This document shows, one piece after another, positions 28,388 through 40,629 of a stretch of 64,000 nt of DNA (position 1 is the first letter of the stretch; each line of letters begins with the position of its first letter). The stretch covers positions 9,492 to 73,491 of the IMG/VR virus record IMGVR_UViG_3300049846_002561; one strand, 5' to 3'. The notes beneath the pieces are model-generated. The model did no database searches. It saw only the letters and a list, made by a program, of their open reading frames with translations, and was not told where the DNA came from. A program made the translations under genes and the position numbers. This DNA is from a virus.

Positions 28388-31300
28388 TGCCTGGAGACGA
28401 GAAAATACTGTCTGACGCTGATCGCGCAAGACTCGATGGAATTGTCAATAAGATGATTGAGAACAACGAAAAGGATGAAGACATCCAATTTGTTGTCAAT
28501 GATTTTAAAGATAAGTATGGCTTAAAAAAAAAAGAGTCTACCACTTCTCCTTTGGCATCTACTTCAACGGATCTATCTACAAGTGCACCGTCGGTATCGG
28601 AAGGTGGCACATCAGGATTGGCAAGTACGCCATCGGTCTCTACAGGGCCTACAATGACGATGAAGGACGGGAAACCGTTCCTGAATCTTAATCAACAGGT
28701 AACGCCCGTAGATCAGACACTGAAGGCCGCAACCACTCAGGCCGACATCACGCCAAAGAGCAACGTATACGCTCCACTTGAAAAAGTTCAGATAAAGAAC
28801 GAGGATCAGGGTACCGGCATTGGAACCGCCGTGGCTAGAGGGACTGCAAGGATGGTGAACTCAGTACTGAAGTCTCCAAAATTCGTGTATGATATTTCCG
28901 TAGCTCAGCAAAACCCAATAGTAAAGGCAACCCTGGATAAGCTGAACATGGGATCTGCCGAACAGCTTGCGGGGAAGTTAGGGATATGGGACCCTACTAA
29001 AGAGATAGACGCCGCCATACAGGCCAACGAGCAGGAAATGGCTCAAAAGTATGATCAGTCGATAAATGATTATTTCTTTGGCGAAAAGCCAGATGTCAAA
29101 AAGGGATTATCTCTGTTAGCGAACAGGGTAGCGGAGGCTTTACCTACAACGATGGCTCTCATGATGACCGGTGCTATGTCTTCCGCTGAAGGTATTGCTG
29201 GCTCAACGATCGCCTTTGGGGCGGAAAAGAAATCTCAACTTGACGCTAACAACCCGGACATGTCCGAGGATGATAAAACGGCAAACGCCCTAATCTCGGG
29301 GGCACTTGAAACCGTAACAGAATACTTGCCAACAAATGCGTTGGTTGGTCTCGCCGAAAGAGCGCTTATGAAAACGGGAGTAGAATCTGCTAAGAAGGTA
29401 GCGAAAGAAGGATTTAAGGCCGTCGTTGGAAAAGCGTTAAAAGAATACGGAGGAGCGTTCATGTCTGATGCTGTTGGTGAAATGGCAAATCAGTTTGGAG
29501 AAAACGTTACTGACAAGCTTACCGGTGCAGATCCAAACAAAAATCCGTGGGACGGAGTTATGGATGCTATGTGGATTTCTTTAGGATCTACCGGAGCTAT
29601 GACGGCGCCTATTGCAGCTATTGACGTTGTTAAGACAGCTTCTGGACTGAAAAAAGCAACTGAGCTGGAAAAAAACAAAGAGTCTTTGACTCAGGACCTA
29701 CAGTCACCGGAGGTATCCCCAGAAACGAAGTCTATAATATCTGAGAAGATAAAGAACATAAACGACGAAGAGGCTACGCTCGCCCAACAGGAAAAGGAAA
29801 GATATGCTGCCCTCCCACAGGAAGGCAAAACTGAAGTTGACAGGTTGCTTGGTGAAATAAAGAAGGTTACCGACGTGCTTTCTGATCCCGCCGTTTCTGA
29901 TGATACGAGAAAGGCCCTTCAAAAGGAAGTTGACGACTTCAATAAGCAGATAGAAGACGTCTACGACCTTTCAGAGCAGGGCATTGAAAAGGAAGACTTC
30001 ATGGCTGAGTTCCAAAAGTCCCTCGCCGAGGAGCAACCAGGAACAAAAACAGAACCGGCTACTATACAGAAAGATCAGGCCGTCACAACAGATGAGCAAG
30101 CTCAGCAATCGGCTGAACAAAAGAAGCCTGAAGCTAAAGAAGTAGAACTTCCAGGTGTAGATGTTGGTGGGGTAAAGGGCCTCCCTAGAAAAATGGTTTT
30201 TGACGAATCTGATCAGAAGTGGAAGCAGAGCGTTGGTGGAGAGCTTACAAACGTATCCGATCAAGCTCAGCAGGAAGCTCAAGGCATTTACGAAGAGGCT
30301 TTAAACAAAAAAAGGGAAGAGTTACAAAGATCAGACGTTATTTCTTCGTCAATAAACGTGGCGCCATTATTCAGTCAGAAGATAAAGAATATGGATGAAG
30401 CTAATCAACTTCACGCCACCAGGTTTTACAAAAAATACAAGCAGGACGTTAGGGATGTAGCAAAAGAGTTTAATGTAACAATAGACGCGGAAGAGGATGG
30501 AATAGGTGGATTTGCAGATTTAAGTGAGGCGACTACCGTTTTCAAAGTTACCGGTGACTTTAACGATATCGTAAAATTGGCAGCAGCCGTGGGGGGCTTG
30601 ACACCTGAAGTTCAGGAATCTACAATAGCTTCAATGTACGTTCAGGATGGTGACAAAAACCACAATGCTGATCAGACCGAAGTGGGCATAGACAACCCAG
30701 AAGCGGCAATAAAGGCTGCCAGAGATGCTGGATTCGAATCAACTGGTTATACGCTAGTTGGAAATAAAATTAACTTTTTAGAGATTTTTGACTATCCGGA
30801 TGCGAATTTTAAAGAAAAAATCATTACCTTTATTAACAAGTATAATGAATATGGAGGCAGAATTGAATCAACAGAAAAACGAGCAGTTAGATCAGAATAC
30901 ATCGATCATGTCAGAAGGGGAGAAATTTTATCAGAAATTGAAAAGTCTTCCTTACAACAACGACAGGGTGGGTCAAGGCTTCGTGACATATCACGGAAAG
31001 CCAAACAACGAACCGACAGTTATCGGAAGTGGAAAGAAATAGATTCCACAAAAGAGGCTAAAAGATATCGTGAGCTTCGTAAAAAGCAGATAGACCTATC
31101 TGCTGAAGGTAAAAAACTATCCAAGGAAGAGAAAGCTGAAATTTCCAAGCTAGAGAAGTTTTTAGCTGAACCATTAGCTTCAATCATAGCAAGCGATAAA
31201 GAGCTATACGAAGAAGCTAAAAAAGACATTGACGCAATAACAAACCAAGTGTCATCTATTGTAGATGATGGATTTTCTTTAAAGCCAGAGATCAAGAGGC

Positions 31301-34300
31301 CGTCAAGGGCTGCCGAGAAAGTAATTCGGTGGTATGATATTCAGCCAAACTTGTTGAATGACGGAGCTAGAGCAACTATTATCGTAAACAACGATAGTGA
31401 CGCAGACTTTGTTTTCAATAGGATGACTGAAATGTACAGCGTGCCCGGAATGAGAGCTCCGGTTAACGAGAAAACGTTTTTAGGGTTTAGAAAAAGACTC
31501 TTAGAAATAAGAGCTGAAAATGGAAAGATAGTTGAAGTGCAGGTCACAACTCCGGCAGTTTATTTAGCTAAAGAGGGATTAAGTCACTTCCTTCCTGAAA
31601 ACAGAAAGGCAGCAGAAGATGCATTAAAAGAGGTGCGAAAAAAGGTCGGATTCGATATTCCGGAAGGAGGAGGTCACTTCTTTTATGAGATATCAAGAGA
31701 TGAAAATGTTCAGGACGAATTAAGAGACAAGGCAAACGATTTAAGTAAAAAATACTACGATCTATTCTTTAGTGAAACCTTCTCCATGAGCAAGGAGGAT
31801 TTCACTAAAGAGCTTTCCGACTTCGTGAAGGCTGTAGATAGCGCGGATAAATCAGAGTGGGACCCAAGTAATAAGGGTAATGTACCTACTCCAATAAGAG
31901 AATTTATTAACCAAAAACCAAAAACCAATGCCACTAAAAAAGGGAACATCACAGAAGGTGATCAGCAGCAACATCAAAAAAGAGATGAAAGCGGGGAAAC
32001 CGCAAAAACAAGCGATCGCGATCGCAATGTCGAAAGCGGGAAAAAGCAAGAAGAAGAAGTAACTAAAGAGGAGCCTGTTTCTAAAAAGAAAGAGGCTCCT
32101 TCTAAAGAGCTCGTAGACGAGGAAGAGGAGGCGGATAAGGAGCTGAAAGAGGATCAGGAAACCATCGATAAGATGGACAAGGACCTCGCCGCAGCAAAGG
32201 CTATAAACAAGAATGATAAGGATGCTGTAAAAAAAGCTGAGGATAAATTCAAGGGAGCCATCTACAGGGCATTTATTGCAAAGGACCAAAAGAAAATAAA
32301 GAAGACCACCTATACTGCGTTCAGGAATGCAATGCAGCAGATAATAGGGCCAAAGCTTAATGCTAACGCAGAAGAAAGCAAAGCAAGACTGGAGCAATTA
32401 AAGGAAGTAATAAAGCAAAGACTTTTAGGGGAAGGTTATAAGAAGATACTTCTTTCCGCTCCCGGTTTTGGTCCCGCTCAGGTAGCCGCATTGATTGACT
32501 TTACTATTGAGGCAGCAAAGAAAGCGATTGACGCCGGTTACTCGATAAAAGACGCCGCAGAGAGGGCGATAGCATTCGCTAAGGGGCAGCCAATCTATGC
32601 CAAGCTAGTTGAGAAGAAGCATCTCGACGAAAAGGAATTTGAAAGTGCTGTTAGGGATACGTTCAACCCAAAAGAAGAAAAGAAAGAAGAAAAGAAAAAG
32701 GAGGAGCCAAAGGTAGAGAAGAAAGAGGAGACAAAGGAGCGCAAGACCTCGCAGCGTGTGATGGAGTCCAATTTCGTTGATCCCGGCATAAAGGATGCCC
32801 TTGCGGAAGAGGGATTCAAGTATGTTCCTCGCGGAATAAATATGGCGCAGAGTGATGCCAGGAAAATTGTAAAGCACTTCCTTGAAAACGATAAAATAGA
32901 CGACCTCATTGAGACTGTTACCACTAACTCTGAAATGAGCAGGGTGGAGAAGAACTCAATGGCCGCTACTATATTTGAGGCGCTGAATAAGGAGATTGGT
33001 AAGACTTCTGATGAGGACACAAAAAACGAACTCAGAAAGAAGGCTGTAAAAATGCATCAATTCCTTGCCAAGAACTTAACGGAGAGTGCTCAGGATCTCA
33101 GGCTGAACGGAACGATCAATAAGTCAATAGCTGAGGGTGACCCTGATGTTGCCATTACTTTGTTGAAGGAACAAGCCCAAAAGAATATCGAGAAAAATCT
33201 CGGAACAAAGGAGCAGGACAAGAAGATTAACGATACTGTAAATTCCCTTAACAACATTGAGGAGGAAGTTTCCAGGAGAGTGAAGGAAAACCTTACTGAA
33301 GAGGTTGAGAAGGAGATTGAGAAAAGAATACTTAAAGTTGTCCCAAAGGAAACTATAGATAAGCTGAACAAGTTTTTTGATGGGTTGCTGATAAAGCCAG
33401 GCGGGAAGTTATTTGCTGACGTTACCGGACTCGGGGGACTTACCGTATTGGTGTGGAATGGAGCCGTTTCAACAGTAAAGGGCGCAGTTTATCTTGGATT
33501 AACAGCGTACAATGGAGTTGCCAATAGTCAAATGATCAATAACGCCGTTCAGGCTGGCGTTGACTACATAAAAGAAAATCATAAGGGTGAATTTGACGAA
33601 AAGAACTTCAGGGATAAGGTAACTGAAGAAATTACAAAAGGTCTTAAAGATAACGGAATAGAGATCCGTGAAAGGAAAGAACGTAAGAAGGATCTCGAAA
33701 AGATGGTTGATGATGTTGTCAATGAAATGAAGGAGGGGAAGAAACCAAAACCGCAATCAGAGAAAAAGACCGAGAAGAATGCCGATGTAGAAAAGGTCAA
33801 AGCAGTAATGGAGCAAGCCATAGGAAAGCTTGAGATGTCTGATTATGCGAAAAAGAAGTTGACCGTAGACGTAATTGATCACCTTGAGAATAACGACGGT
33901 AAAATAAGTAAAAAGAAGTTCAAGGAGCTTTACGCAGAGGCTCTAGGATATGATTTTGTCACTCCTGAAATAGAGGCAGACATTAAAGCTAATTTTGAGG
34001 AAATTAAAAAAGCGACTGACCTTCAGGATAAAATAAACGACAAGCTAGACGAGGCTGTGTCTGCCGAAAATTCATATAAGGCAAAGGGCCAAAAGATGCC
34101 ATCCGAAGAAAGGTCTAAGTTCATAAAAGAAATCAACGCACTCAGAAAGGAGCATAATACACAAACGCTAAAAGCCCAGAAGGCCAACGATAAGATTTCT
34201 GGACACTTTAGGGAAGGTAAAAACTTCTACAGAATGCTTGGAGCCGTACTTCAAGGAAACCTACTCACTCCAATGTCGCAGGTATTCAATATAACCGGAT

Positions 34301-36153
34301 ACCTCTATACGCTTCCTGTAAGGTTTGTTGGCGGCCTCGCTGGTACGGCATTGGACTTAGTTGAGTCTGGGTTAGCTAGGACGAAACTCTTTGGTGATCG
34401 CCTTGATAAAAATCTTCAAACAAACATTTTTGCAGAGACTGCTTATGGACTGAAGTACGGAGTTGCTCCAGGAGTTCAAGAGGCTTTATTCAAACTGAAG
34501 ACCGGACAGTTAAGCGAAGACACCGCACTACGTGATGTGAGTCAAAAGTTTAACGCTTTTGATTCGTTCTATGACTTCTTTTCAGGTAAACTAAAGGGCA
34601 AGGATTTTGAAACAAAAGTTACCTCTTTGTTTGAGGGAACATTTGGATTACCTGCCGAGATCATGTTCCGCCTTCTAGGTCCTGCAGACATCATGGTGAG
34701 AAAAGGCAAGGAGTATGGCCGTCTTGCCGAGCTAGCAAAGGCACAAGGCCTTGAGGGATTTGAGTTCATGCGTGAAATACTAAATCCGGCAACTGAGCTT
34801 AAAGAACAGGCGCAACAGGAATCACTTAGAGCTTCCTATCAAAATGAGAACGTTCCTACCAAGACTATTAAGTTCATGGAAAAAGGGATGGAGGACTGGA
34901 TAAATAAGATCGCCGGAGAAAAGCTTGGCTATCATCTCAATGGAATGCTTAGCCTGGCAAAGACAGCCGTTATTCCTTTTACGAAAACACCTATTAACGT
35001 GGTGAGCGAATTGCTTCAGTACTCGTTCCCTCCTATATCATTTGCTAAAGCGCTTGTAGCTGCAAAGCACGGAGATAGAAGGGCATTTAACGTATCCATG
35101 GGAAAGGCAATGGTTGGAGCTGGCCTGTCTTACATAGCATATCAGCTGATCATGAACGGGCTCATGACCGGGGCTCCAGATGATGAGGATAAGGACAAGG
35201 AAAAGAGAGCAATGTATGAGGGCATAGGGTATAAGAAAATGAACTACTCCGCCCTTCAGAGATTCATTGCCGGAGATCCTAATTGGAATAAGATAAAGGA
35301 TAATGACAACTGGGTTAACTACGAGAAGATGGGCCTTCCTGGCATGGTAATGGCTACGTGGGCTGCATACTACAAAGATCGCACCCCTGAAGAAATGCGT
35401 GACCAGAACCTTGCCGGTGATATGTTTGCCGGAATACAAGCCACCCTAAAGGCTTCTTTAGAGCAATCATTCCTTAAAGGAACATCAGACGCGTTGACCT
35501 CTTTGATGAACCCATCCGGCAAGAAGGCTCAATACTTCTACGTGAACTACCTGGGGTCCATGGCTAGTATCGTGTATCCTAATACTCTAGCTTCAATAAG
35601 TAGGTCGTCGGATCCATTAGTGAGAGACAAAAGAACAGACGAGGGCTTTACCAAAATGCTGGTAAATGACTTCAAGGTAAAGATGTTTATGGGCGATCAG
35701 CTTCCTAGCCGCGTGACTCTTTGGGGTGAAGACGCCAAAAAGGTTCCGGAAGGAACTAACCCATACGTCTACTACCTGCTTGATCCTATAAAGTCAAATT
35801 CAGTGAGCACGAAAACATTTGGATATAAGATATTTGACTTTTGGAGGAACGTTTCGGAAAGCAATAAAGACCTGAAAAACAAGATATTACCTTCCATTCC
35901 TCAGAAGTCTTTGAGGATGAATGGACAGGACATCCCTCTTACTGATTCAGAATATAACACGTTCCAGAAGTTAGTAGGAAAGAGTCGTGCCCAGGGGGCG
36001 GAGGCATACGTGTTATATGGTGACTTTGACACCGATGATCCGCAGACAAAGGCGGAAACCCTTCAGCGTATTTATTCGTCATCGTATTCATTGGCCAAGG
36101 ATGAAATGATAAACAACACTCCAAGGTTACAAGAAATTATGATGGCAGATTAG
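28387..36153 (+). CDS. giant internal virion (polyvalent) protein with a RelA/SpoT-like domain
   Basis: 2588 aa, mostly helical, hydrophobic Ala/Gly segments near the N-terminus, PFTKTPIN in the C-terminal region; RelA/SpoT-like motifs at ~31270-31690. Confidence 0.75.
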   Translation: MPGDEKILSDADRARLDGIVNKMIENNEKDEDIQFVVNDFKDKYGLKKKESTTSPLASTSTDLSTSAPSVSEGGTSGLASTPSVSTGPTMTMKDGKPFLNLNQQVTPVDQTLKAATTQADITPKSNVYAPLEKVQIKNEDQGTGIGTAVARGTARMVNSVLKSPKFVYDISVAQQNPIVKATLDKLNMGSAEQLAGKLGIWDPTKEIDAAIQANEQEMAQKYDQSINDYFFGEKPDVKKGLSLLANRVAEALPTTMALMMTGAMSSAEGIAGSTIAFGAEKKSQLDANNPDMSEDDKTANALISGALETVTEYLPTNALVGLAERALMKTGVESAKKVAKEGFKAVVGKALKEYGGAFMSDAVGEMANQFGENVTDKLTGADPNKNPWDGVMDAMWISLGSTGAMTAPIAAIDVVKTASGLKKATELEKNKESLTQDLQSPEVSPETKSIISEKIKNINDEEATLAQQEKERYAALPQEGKTEVDRLLGEIKKVTDVLSDPAVSDDTRKALQKEVDDFNKQIEDVYDLSEQGIEKEDFMAEFQKSLAEEQPGTKTEPATIQKDQAVTTDEQAQQSAEQKKPEAKEVELPGVDVGGVKGLPRKMVFDESDQKWKQSVGGELTNVSDQAQQEAQGIYEEALNKKREELQRSDVISSSINVAPLFSQKIKNMDEANQLHATRFYKKYKQDVRDVAKEFNVTIDAEEDGIGGFADLSEATTVFKVTGDFNDIVKLAAAVGGLTPEVQESTIASMYVQDGDKNHNADQTEVGIDNPEAAIKAARDAGFESTGYTLVGNKINFLEIFDYPDANFKEKIITFINKYNEYGGRIESTEKRAVRSEYIDHVRRGEILSEIEKSSLQQRQGGSRLRDISRKAKQRTDSYRKWKEIDSTKEAKRYRELRKKQIDLSAEGKKLSKEEKAEISKLEKFLAEPLASIIASDKELYEEAKKDIDAITNQVSSIVDDGFSLKPEIKRPSRAAEKVIRWYDIQPNLLNDGARATIIVNNDSDADFVFNRMTEMYSVPGMRAPVNEKTFLGFRKRLLEIRAENGKIVEVQVTTPAVYLAKEGLSHFLPENRKAAEDALKEVRKKVGFDIPEGGGHFFYEISRDENVQDELRDKANDLSKKYYDLFFSETFSMSKEDFTKELSDFVKAVDSADKSEWDPSNKGNVPTPIREFINQKPKTNATKKGNITEGDQQQHQKRDESGETAKTSDRDRNVESGKKQEEEVTKEEPVSKKKEAPSKELVDEEEEADKELKEDQETIDKMDKDLAAAKAINKNDKDAVKKAEDKFKGAIYRAFIAKDQKKIKKTTYTAFRNAMQQIIGPKLNANAEESKARLEQLKEVIKQRLLGEGYKKILLSAPGFGPAQVAALIDFTIEAAKKAIDAGYSIKDAAERAIAFAKGQPIYAKLVEKKHLDEKEFESAVRDTFNPKEEKKEEKKKEEPKVEKKEETKERKTSQRVMESNFVDPGIKDALAEEGFKYVPRGINMAQSDARKIVKHFLENDKIDDLIETVTTNSEMSRVEKNSMAATIFEALNKEIGKTSDEDTKNELRKKAVKMHQFLAKNLTESAQDLRLNGTINKSIAEGDPDVAITLLKEQAQKNIEKNLGTKEQDKKINDTVNSLNNIEEEVSRRVKENLTEEVEKEIEKRILKVVPKETIDKLNKFFDGLLIKPGGKLFADVTGLGGLTVLVWNGAVSTVKGAVYLGLTAYNGVANSQMINNAVQAGVDYIKENHKGEFDEKNFRDKVTEEITKGLKDNGIEIRERKERKKDLEKMVDDVVNEMKEGKKPKPQSEKKTEKNADVEKVKAVMEQAIGKLEMSDYAKKKLTVDVIDHLENNDGKISKKKFKELYAEALGYDFVTPEIEADIKANFEEIKKATDLQDKINDKLDEAVSAENSYKAKGQKMPSEERSKFIKEINALRKEHNTQTLKAQKANDKISGHFREGKNFYRMLGAVLQGNLLTPMSQVFNITGYLYTLPVRFVGGLAGTALDLVESGLARTKLFGDRLDKNLQTNIFAETAYGLKYGVAPGVQEALFKLKTGQLSEDTALRDVSQKFNAFDSFYDFFSGKLKGKDFETKVTSLFEGTFGLPAEIMFRLLGPADIMVRKGKEYGRLAELAKAQGLEGFEFMREILNPATELKEQAQQESLRASYQNENVPTKTIKFMEKGMEDWINKIAGEKLGYHLNGMLSLAKTAVIPFTKTPINVVSELLQYSFPPISFAKALVAAKHGDRRAFNVSMGKAMVGAGLSYIAYQLIMNGLMTGAPDDEDKDKEKRAMYEGIGYKKMNYSALQRFIAGDPNWNKIKDNDNWVNYEKMGLPGMVMATWAAYYKDRTPEEMRDQNLAGDMFAGIQATLKASLEQSFLKGTSDALTSLMNPSGKKAQYFYVNYLGSMASIVYPNTLASISRSSDPLVRDKRTDEGFTKMLVNDFKVKMFMGDQLPSRVTLWGEDAKKVPEGTNPYVYYLLDPIKSNSVSTKTFGYKIFDFWRNVSESNKDLKNKILPSIPQKSLRMNGQDIPLTDSEYNTFQKLVGKSRAQGAEAYVLYGDFDTDDPQTKAETLQRIYSSSYSLAKDEMINNTPRLQEIMMAD

Positions 36154-36186
36154 AATGATTATAAATAATTCATATATTTGCACACA

Positions 36187-36747
36187 ATGGCTCTTCAGCT
36201 CAAAATAAACATCGAGGAGAAGGAAAACTCCTTTGTTGTAGTTGATCTAACTGGTAAGTATAGATACGATAATTTGACGGGTTGGGGGCCAGCTACCGCC
36301 GAGGTAAAAAATATCTCGAAGGCTACTCTCTCAATATGGAAACCGGGAGCAACGCAGCCGAAAGACGTTGACGTTACTGGTGACTTCCCAAATAAAGAAT
36401 GTATCGATATTGAGATCCTTCCATATATGGCGGGCCTCACCGGAAGTGTACTTGTAAGTGGAAAATATAAAGTTAAGCTCACTGTTGAGGGGACTGACTG
36501 CAAAGGAGCCACTTACTCAAAGTCAGCGACGGTAGAAAAGGTATTCGTGAACGATGTCACTTGCTGCCTTGACAAGCTTCAAAAAAGGGTAAATAGGGAT
36601 GCTTACCAAGAGAAGTTACAGCAAAACATAATCATTTTAAGTAATTTGCTTGAATCTGCAAATTACGCTATTTGCAAAGGATTAACGGAACAGGCTTCAG
36701 AAATTGTTGAGTTGCTTAAATCTCAGTGTTCATGCGTGGATTGCTGA
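36187..36747 (+). CDS. tail-associated structural protein (putative)
   Basis: TATATTTG promoter at 36173-36180, start reassigned to ATG 36187; Cys-rich C-terminus. Confidence 0.55.
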   Translation: MALQLKINIEEKENSFVVVDLTGKYRYDNLTGWGPATAEVKNISKATLSIWKPGATQPKDVDVTGDFPNKECIDIEILPYMAGLTGSVLVSGKYKVKLTVEGTDCKGATYSKSATVEKVFVNDVTCCLDKLQKRVNRDAYQEKLQQNIIILSNLLESANYAICKGLTEQASEIVELLKSQCSCVDC

Positions 36748-36761
36748 TAAAAATATAAACA

Positions 36762-37298
36762 ATGGCTTGTTCAAAGTGTAAATCAAATAAATGCTGCTGC
36801 CCAAAGGTGATCACAAAGATCGGCCCTCGTGGCCCGAAAGGTCCTCCCGGCCCGAAAGGTCGTGATGGCCAGGATGGTCTCAGGGGACCGCAAGGCCCGG
36901 CATTCGTTCCCGACGTTAACTTCATCGAAAGGGAAACGTTTCAATTCATAAACGTAGGATCTCCAACGGCCAATGACTCTGACCTTATAGTGTCTGGTCT
37001 TGCCGCCGGTACCTATATGGTTTTTGTTGAGGTTGACACCATTTTCAACAGGGATACTAACGTTGCAGAAAACGGATCGATCTCTATTTTCTTGAACGGA
37101 ACCCTCAATGAGAGAAACATAAACTTTGACAACCCAGGTGTCCAGAAGAGAGGCTTTAAGCTTGTCCTTAATGCCGTTGTGGTGCTTGCCGCTCCCGGAA
37201 ACATATCGGTGAACTACTCAATGACGTCGTTCCCGTTGAACCCAACCACTTCTTTCACATTCCTTAAAGGATCAATAACCACATTAAAAGTATCGTAA
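36762..37298 (+). CDS. collagen-repeat fibre protein
   Basis: nine GXY triplets (GPRGPKGPP...GPQGPA), Cys-rich N-terminus, beta-rich head. Confidence 0.75.
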   Translation: MACSKCKSNKCCCPKVITKIGPRGPKGPPGPKGRDGQDGLRGPQGPAFVPDVNFIERETFQFINVGSPTANDSDLIVSGLAAGTYMVFVEVDTIFNRDTNVAENGSISIFLNGTLNERNINFDNPGVQKRGFKLVLNAVVVLAAPGNISVNYSMTSFPLNPTTSFTFLKGSITTLKVS

Positions 37299-38053
37299 TG
37301 AGCTGTAAGTCAGAATCAGAAAAACAGATGGAGGCCAAGATAGCTGAGCTATCTGATGCTGTAGAAGCCATAAACAAGAGCGCAAAGTTTTTGCTTGAGG
37401 GTCACCCTATCTTACTCATTCAGCACGTTGACGACATCGCTCAGTTCGATTTCAATTCCGGAGAGGGTACCGGAGCGTGGTACGGGTGGGCAATGTGCAC
37501 TGGAAATCAGTACACCAATCCATCAACAAAGAAAAAGATATCAACGCCAAACTTCGTTGATCGGTTCATCGTTATGGCCACTGGCAATTACGAGGTGGGT
37601 GACGTTGGCGGCGCAGATGAGGTGACACTCACTGAGGCTCAGATGCCTAGTCACAATCACACGCTTACCGATCCCGGACACGGACACTCTCTTAGTGACC
37701 CGGGTCACGATCATGCGGTGACGGACCCAGGCCATGGTCACACGTCTGATCCGCATGCCCATAACTTTGAGGATACAAAAACTGAAGCTAACTCAGGTAG
37801 CCCATTTGCTATTCCTACATCCGGAACCGGGGCAGGCGTTCTCCTTGGAGACACTAATACCACAAAGCAGACAGACCCAGCCACCGACACTCTTCAAGAT
37901 AACGTGACAGGCCTTACCGTAAATAACGCGTTTACCGGAATTGGAGTACAAGAGGCTGAAGCTGGAATCACCATTGAGTCTGCCGGTAGCGGAGAGGCTC
38001 ATGAAAATAGACCTCCTTATTACGCCGCCATTTATGTAATGAAACTGTGGTAG
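37298..38053 (+). CDS. tail fibre/collar-domain protein
   Basis: GWAMCTG, TPNFVDRFI, GGADEVTLTEAQMPSHNH, DPGHxH repeats, HENRPPYYA. Confidence 0.8.
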   Translation: MSCKSESEKQMEAKIAELSDAVEAINKSAKFLLEGHPILLIQHVDDIAQFDFNSGEGTGAWYGWAMCTGNQYTNPSTKKKISTPNFVDRFIVMATGNYEVGDVGGADEVTLTEAQMPSHNHTLTDPGHGHSLSDPGHDHAVTDPGHGHTSDPHAHNFEDTKTEANSGSPFAIPTSGTGAGVLLGDTNTTKQTDPATDTLQDNVTGLTVNNAFTGIGVQEAEAGITIESAGSGEAHENRPPYYAAIYVMKLW

Positions 38054-38415
38054 AGCTTGAAGACATAATCTGCTCTGCTCAGGAGTGCTCAGCAAAGCTG
38101 GGCGCAAAGTACGCTCATGCCTTTAAAAACGGAGAAGACACGGATCAGCTGAAGTGGGATTTCTTGAAGTTAAACTCTTTCATAAGAACACTTTGCCGAA
38201 ACCAGGTGAAGGTTGTTTACAAGAAAGAGAGATTTTTATTGAAAACAGTGCCCATCAGCTCTTTGACGAAACATAATTCTTTCCTATCTTTGAAGAACGG
38301 TTACAAGACCGTATGTACTAGAACGGAAATAGAGCCCTGTCTTCCTGAATCTGAAATCAATCACATTGTAGAACAAGTAAAACTGTTGTGCCAAGGGTGC
38401 GACTGTAATTTATAA
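38047..38415 (+). CDS. hypothetical structural protein
   Basis: 122 aa, Cys-rich C-terminus. Confidence 0.55.
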   Translation: MVELEDIICSAQECSAKLGAKYAHAFKNGEDTDQLKWDFLKLNSFIRTLCRNQVKVVYKKERFLLKTVPISSLTKHNSFLSLKNGYKTVCTRTEIEPCLPESEINHIVEQVKLLCQGCDCNL

Positions 38416-38420
38416 TAAAG

Positions 38421-39008
38421 ATGACAGCAACAACTTATACAGAGCAGAGGGATTACCTCAAGCATGCTAAAAAAGAAAGTGAATGCGGATGCGGATCCAA
38501 AAACGAAGGATGCGGATGCGAAAAAAAATGCGATGATTGCGGATGCTGCCCTCCGGGCCTAGTGGCAATCTATGATGATCAAGGTCATCACCTCGCGTGC
38601 CTCACCCCCAACGATGCTGAGCTCTACAAGAAAAACATTGTTATCTGCCAAGACGGATATGTGAAGTTGTTTAAGGATAGCACCGGTGAGTTCCTTGGTT
38701 GCGTTAGTGAGGATTCCTATGAGAACCTCAATAACAACGTCAACAACGCATCGATTGATCCTGAAGGTCTGTCGATCATCCCTACAACAAACACAATGAG
38801 CGTGGGCGGAACCCTTCAGTTGTATCCAAGGTTCACACCTACCAACACAACCGACCAAGGCGTTACATGGTCTTCAAGCAATGCTGCCGCTGCCTCTGTT
38901 GATGCGAGCGGTTTGGTTGAGGCTCTTGGCGCCGGTACAACAACAATCACCGCCACATCTGATGCGGATGGAGCAATAGTAGCAACAAGAACAATAACAA
39001 TTTCATAA
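38421..39008 (+). CDS. Ig-like (Big_2) domain protein with a Cys-rich N-terminus
   Basis: PTNTTDQGVTWSSSNAAAASVDASGLVEALGAGTTTITAT. Confidence 0.8.
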   Translation: MTATTYTEQRDYLKHAKKESECGCGSKNEGCGCEKKCDDCGCCPPGLVAIYDDQGHHLACLTPNDAELYKKNIVICQDGYVKLFKDSTGEFLGCVSEDSYENLNNNVNNASIDPEGLSIIPTTNTMSVGGTLQLYPRFTPTNTTDQGVTWSSSNAAAASVDASGLVEALGAGTTTITATSDADGAIVATRTITIS

Positions 39009-39009
39009 A

Positions 39010-39342
39010 ATGGATGTACAAGTAATTGCGGCGTCTAACTTGACGCCTCCATCATCGGGATATAAAACTCTCTTCATTAACACTGAAGATAGCAACATTC
39101 TGTCGTGGATGGACAGCTCTGGAACAGTAACGCGATTCACTGAAGGTGATGCCGACTGCTGTTGCGAGATCGCAAAGGAATATGCCGATGGCATTCTTTG
39201 CGCCCTGAATAAGGGAATGCTAAGTCCTTCGGAGTTCAAGTCACTCGTTGATGCAGGGTTCACTATCAACTCTTCGTCTACAGACGACGGCGCTGGAAAC
39301 AAAACATGCACAGTAACATTTGGATCAGTAAACGTGTCTTAA
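39010..39342 (+). CDS. hypothetical structural protein
   Basis: 110 aa with a CCC motif. Confidence 0.55.
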   Translation: MDVQVIAASNLTPPSSGYKTLFINTEDSNILSWMDSSGTVTRFTEGDADCCCEIAKEYADGILCALNKGMLSPSEFKSLVDAGFTINSSSTDDGAGNKTCTVTFGSVNVS

Positions 39343-39346
39343 TTTT

Positions 39347-39646
39347 ATGTCCGAGTTAGGGAAAACTCTTATCTCCGTAGAAAACACAGTGAAACTGGTG
39401 GTTTTATTATCCGGCTTATCCGGTGTTATCTGGACCATAAAAATGGACAACCAAGCCCTGCGCACAGAAGTCATGCTTGCCGTTCAGGGATATAAGGCGG
39501 CAGACGAAAAAATTGAACTAAAGATCGAGAGCTTATCCAAAAACGACGATAGGCAGGATAAAGACATTGATTTCTTGACAACAAGTTTCTTTGCCCTTAA
39601 TCCCGATCAACCAAGAATAATGAAGAGAAGATATGAAAGTAAGTGA
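39347..39646 (+). CDS. membrane protein (holin/spanin-like)
   Basis: one N-terminal TM segment plus coiled coil, upstream of the endolysin. Confidence 0.5.
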   Translation: MSELGKTLISVENTVKLVVLLSGLSGVIWTIKMDNQALRTEVMLAVQGYKAADEKIELKIESLSKNDDRQDKDIDFLTTSFFALNPDQPRIMKRRYESK

Positions 39647-40079
39647 ACACTTCGTAGTACAGGAATTTGTATCTCCAGAGATATTCAATACTCCTGGCAT
39701 AAATCCAAAGTGGTTTGTTAGCAGATGGCAGATCAGCGTAGCGGAGGCTTTAAAGAAGTACTTCTCTGCCATTGCCGGAAAAGAGGTGTTTATAACCATA
39801 AACAACTGGCACACCGGAGGCCCTCTTCAAAATAGAGGAACGCGTCACCCAAACACCTCAACCGGAGGAACCCTTTCTCAGCACAAGCTGATGAACGGCT
39901 TTGACTTCAATGTTTCTGGGATGACATCCGATCAGGTTTATGATCATATCATGCAAAACCAAAAGGTGTTTATGGACATGGGAATTACCACCGTTGAAGA
40001 TAAAACCATGACAAAAGGGTGGACGCATATCGATGGAAGGATAACAGAACTTGATCATTTATTTATTGTAAAGCCGTAA
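39633..40079 (+). CDS. endolysin, peptidase M15-like
   Basis: SEHF...EFV, INNW, RG.R, SQHKLMNGFD, WTHID Zn-peptidase motifs. Confidence 0.8.
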   Translation: MKVSEHFVVQEFVSPEIFNTPGINPKWFVSRWQISVAEALKKYFSAIAGKEVFITINNWHTGGPLQNRGTRHPNTSTGGTLSQHKLMNGFDFNVSGMTSDQVYDHIMQNQKVFMDMGITTVEDKTMTKGWTHIDGRITELDHLFIVKP

Positions 40080-40081
40080 TA

Positions 40082-40606
40082 ATGGGATTTCCAAGTATAG
40101 CAAATTTATTCAAGAAGTCAGCCGAGGGAGCTACCGGAGGGATACTTAAAGGTGCCGCCGATATCATCGGTAAGTTCGTTGCCGATCCAACCGAAAAAGC
40201 CAAGGCTCTAGCTGAGCTTGAGCAAGCCAAAATAAAGCACGAAGAAGAGATGGCAAAGATCGGCGTTGACATCGAGAGGCTTGAGCTTGAGAAAGATAAG
40301 GCCTACCTTGCGGACATGGACTCTGCAAGGAAGATGCAAGCCGCTGCCCTTCAGCAGGGGGATGTATTCTCGCGTAGGTTCATCTACTACTTTACCATTG
40401 GCCTTACTCTGGCAACAATGATATACGACTTCTGCTTCTTCTTTGTAAGTTACCCGGAAAGAAATCACGACGTTGTGAATATGATCGCCGGTGTACTGAA
40501 TACCGGATGCTTAGTGTCTATCATTAACTTCTTCTACGGAAGCTCAAAGAGCTCTGAGAAAAAGCAGGACATGATAGAGAGAATGAATTTTTCAAACAAA
40601 TCATAA
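40082..40606 (+). CDS. holin (3TM/GTA-holin-like)
   Basis: DMDSARKMQ, two TM segments, FFYGSS. Confidence 0.7.
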   Translation: MGFPSIANLFKKSAEGATGGILKGAADIIGKFVADPTEKAKALAELEQAKIKHEEEMAKIGVDIERLELEKDKAYLADMDSARKMQAAALQQGDVFSRRFIYYFTIGLTLATMIYDFCFFFVSYPERNHDVVNMIAGVLNTGCLVSIINFFYGSSKSSEKKQDMIERMNFSNKS

Positions 40607-40629
40607 GAATTAAAAAATAGCAATACGCC

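Noticed and set aside
36016-36040. GDFDTDD resembling the RNA polymerase DFDxD catalytic motif
   Set aside because: It lies about 40 aa from the C-terminus in a helical context, with no double-psi barrel motifs nearby.
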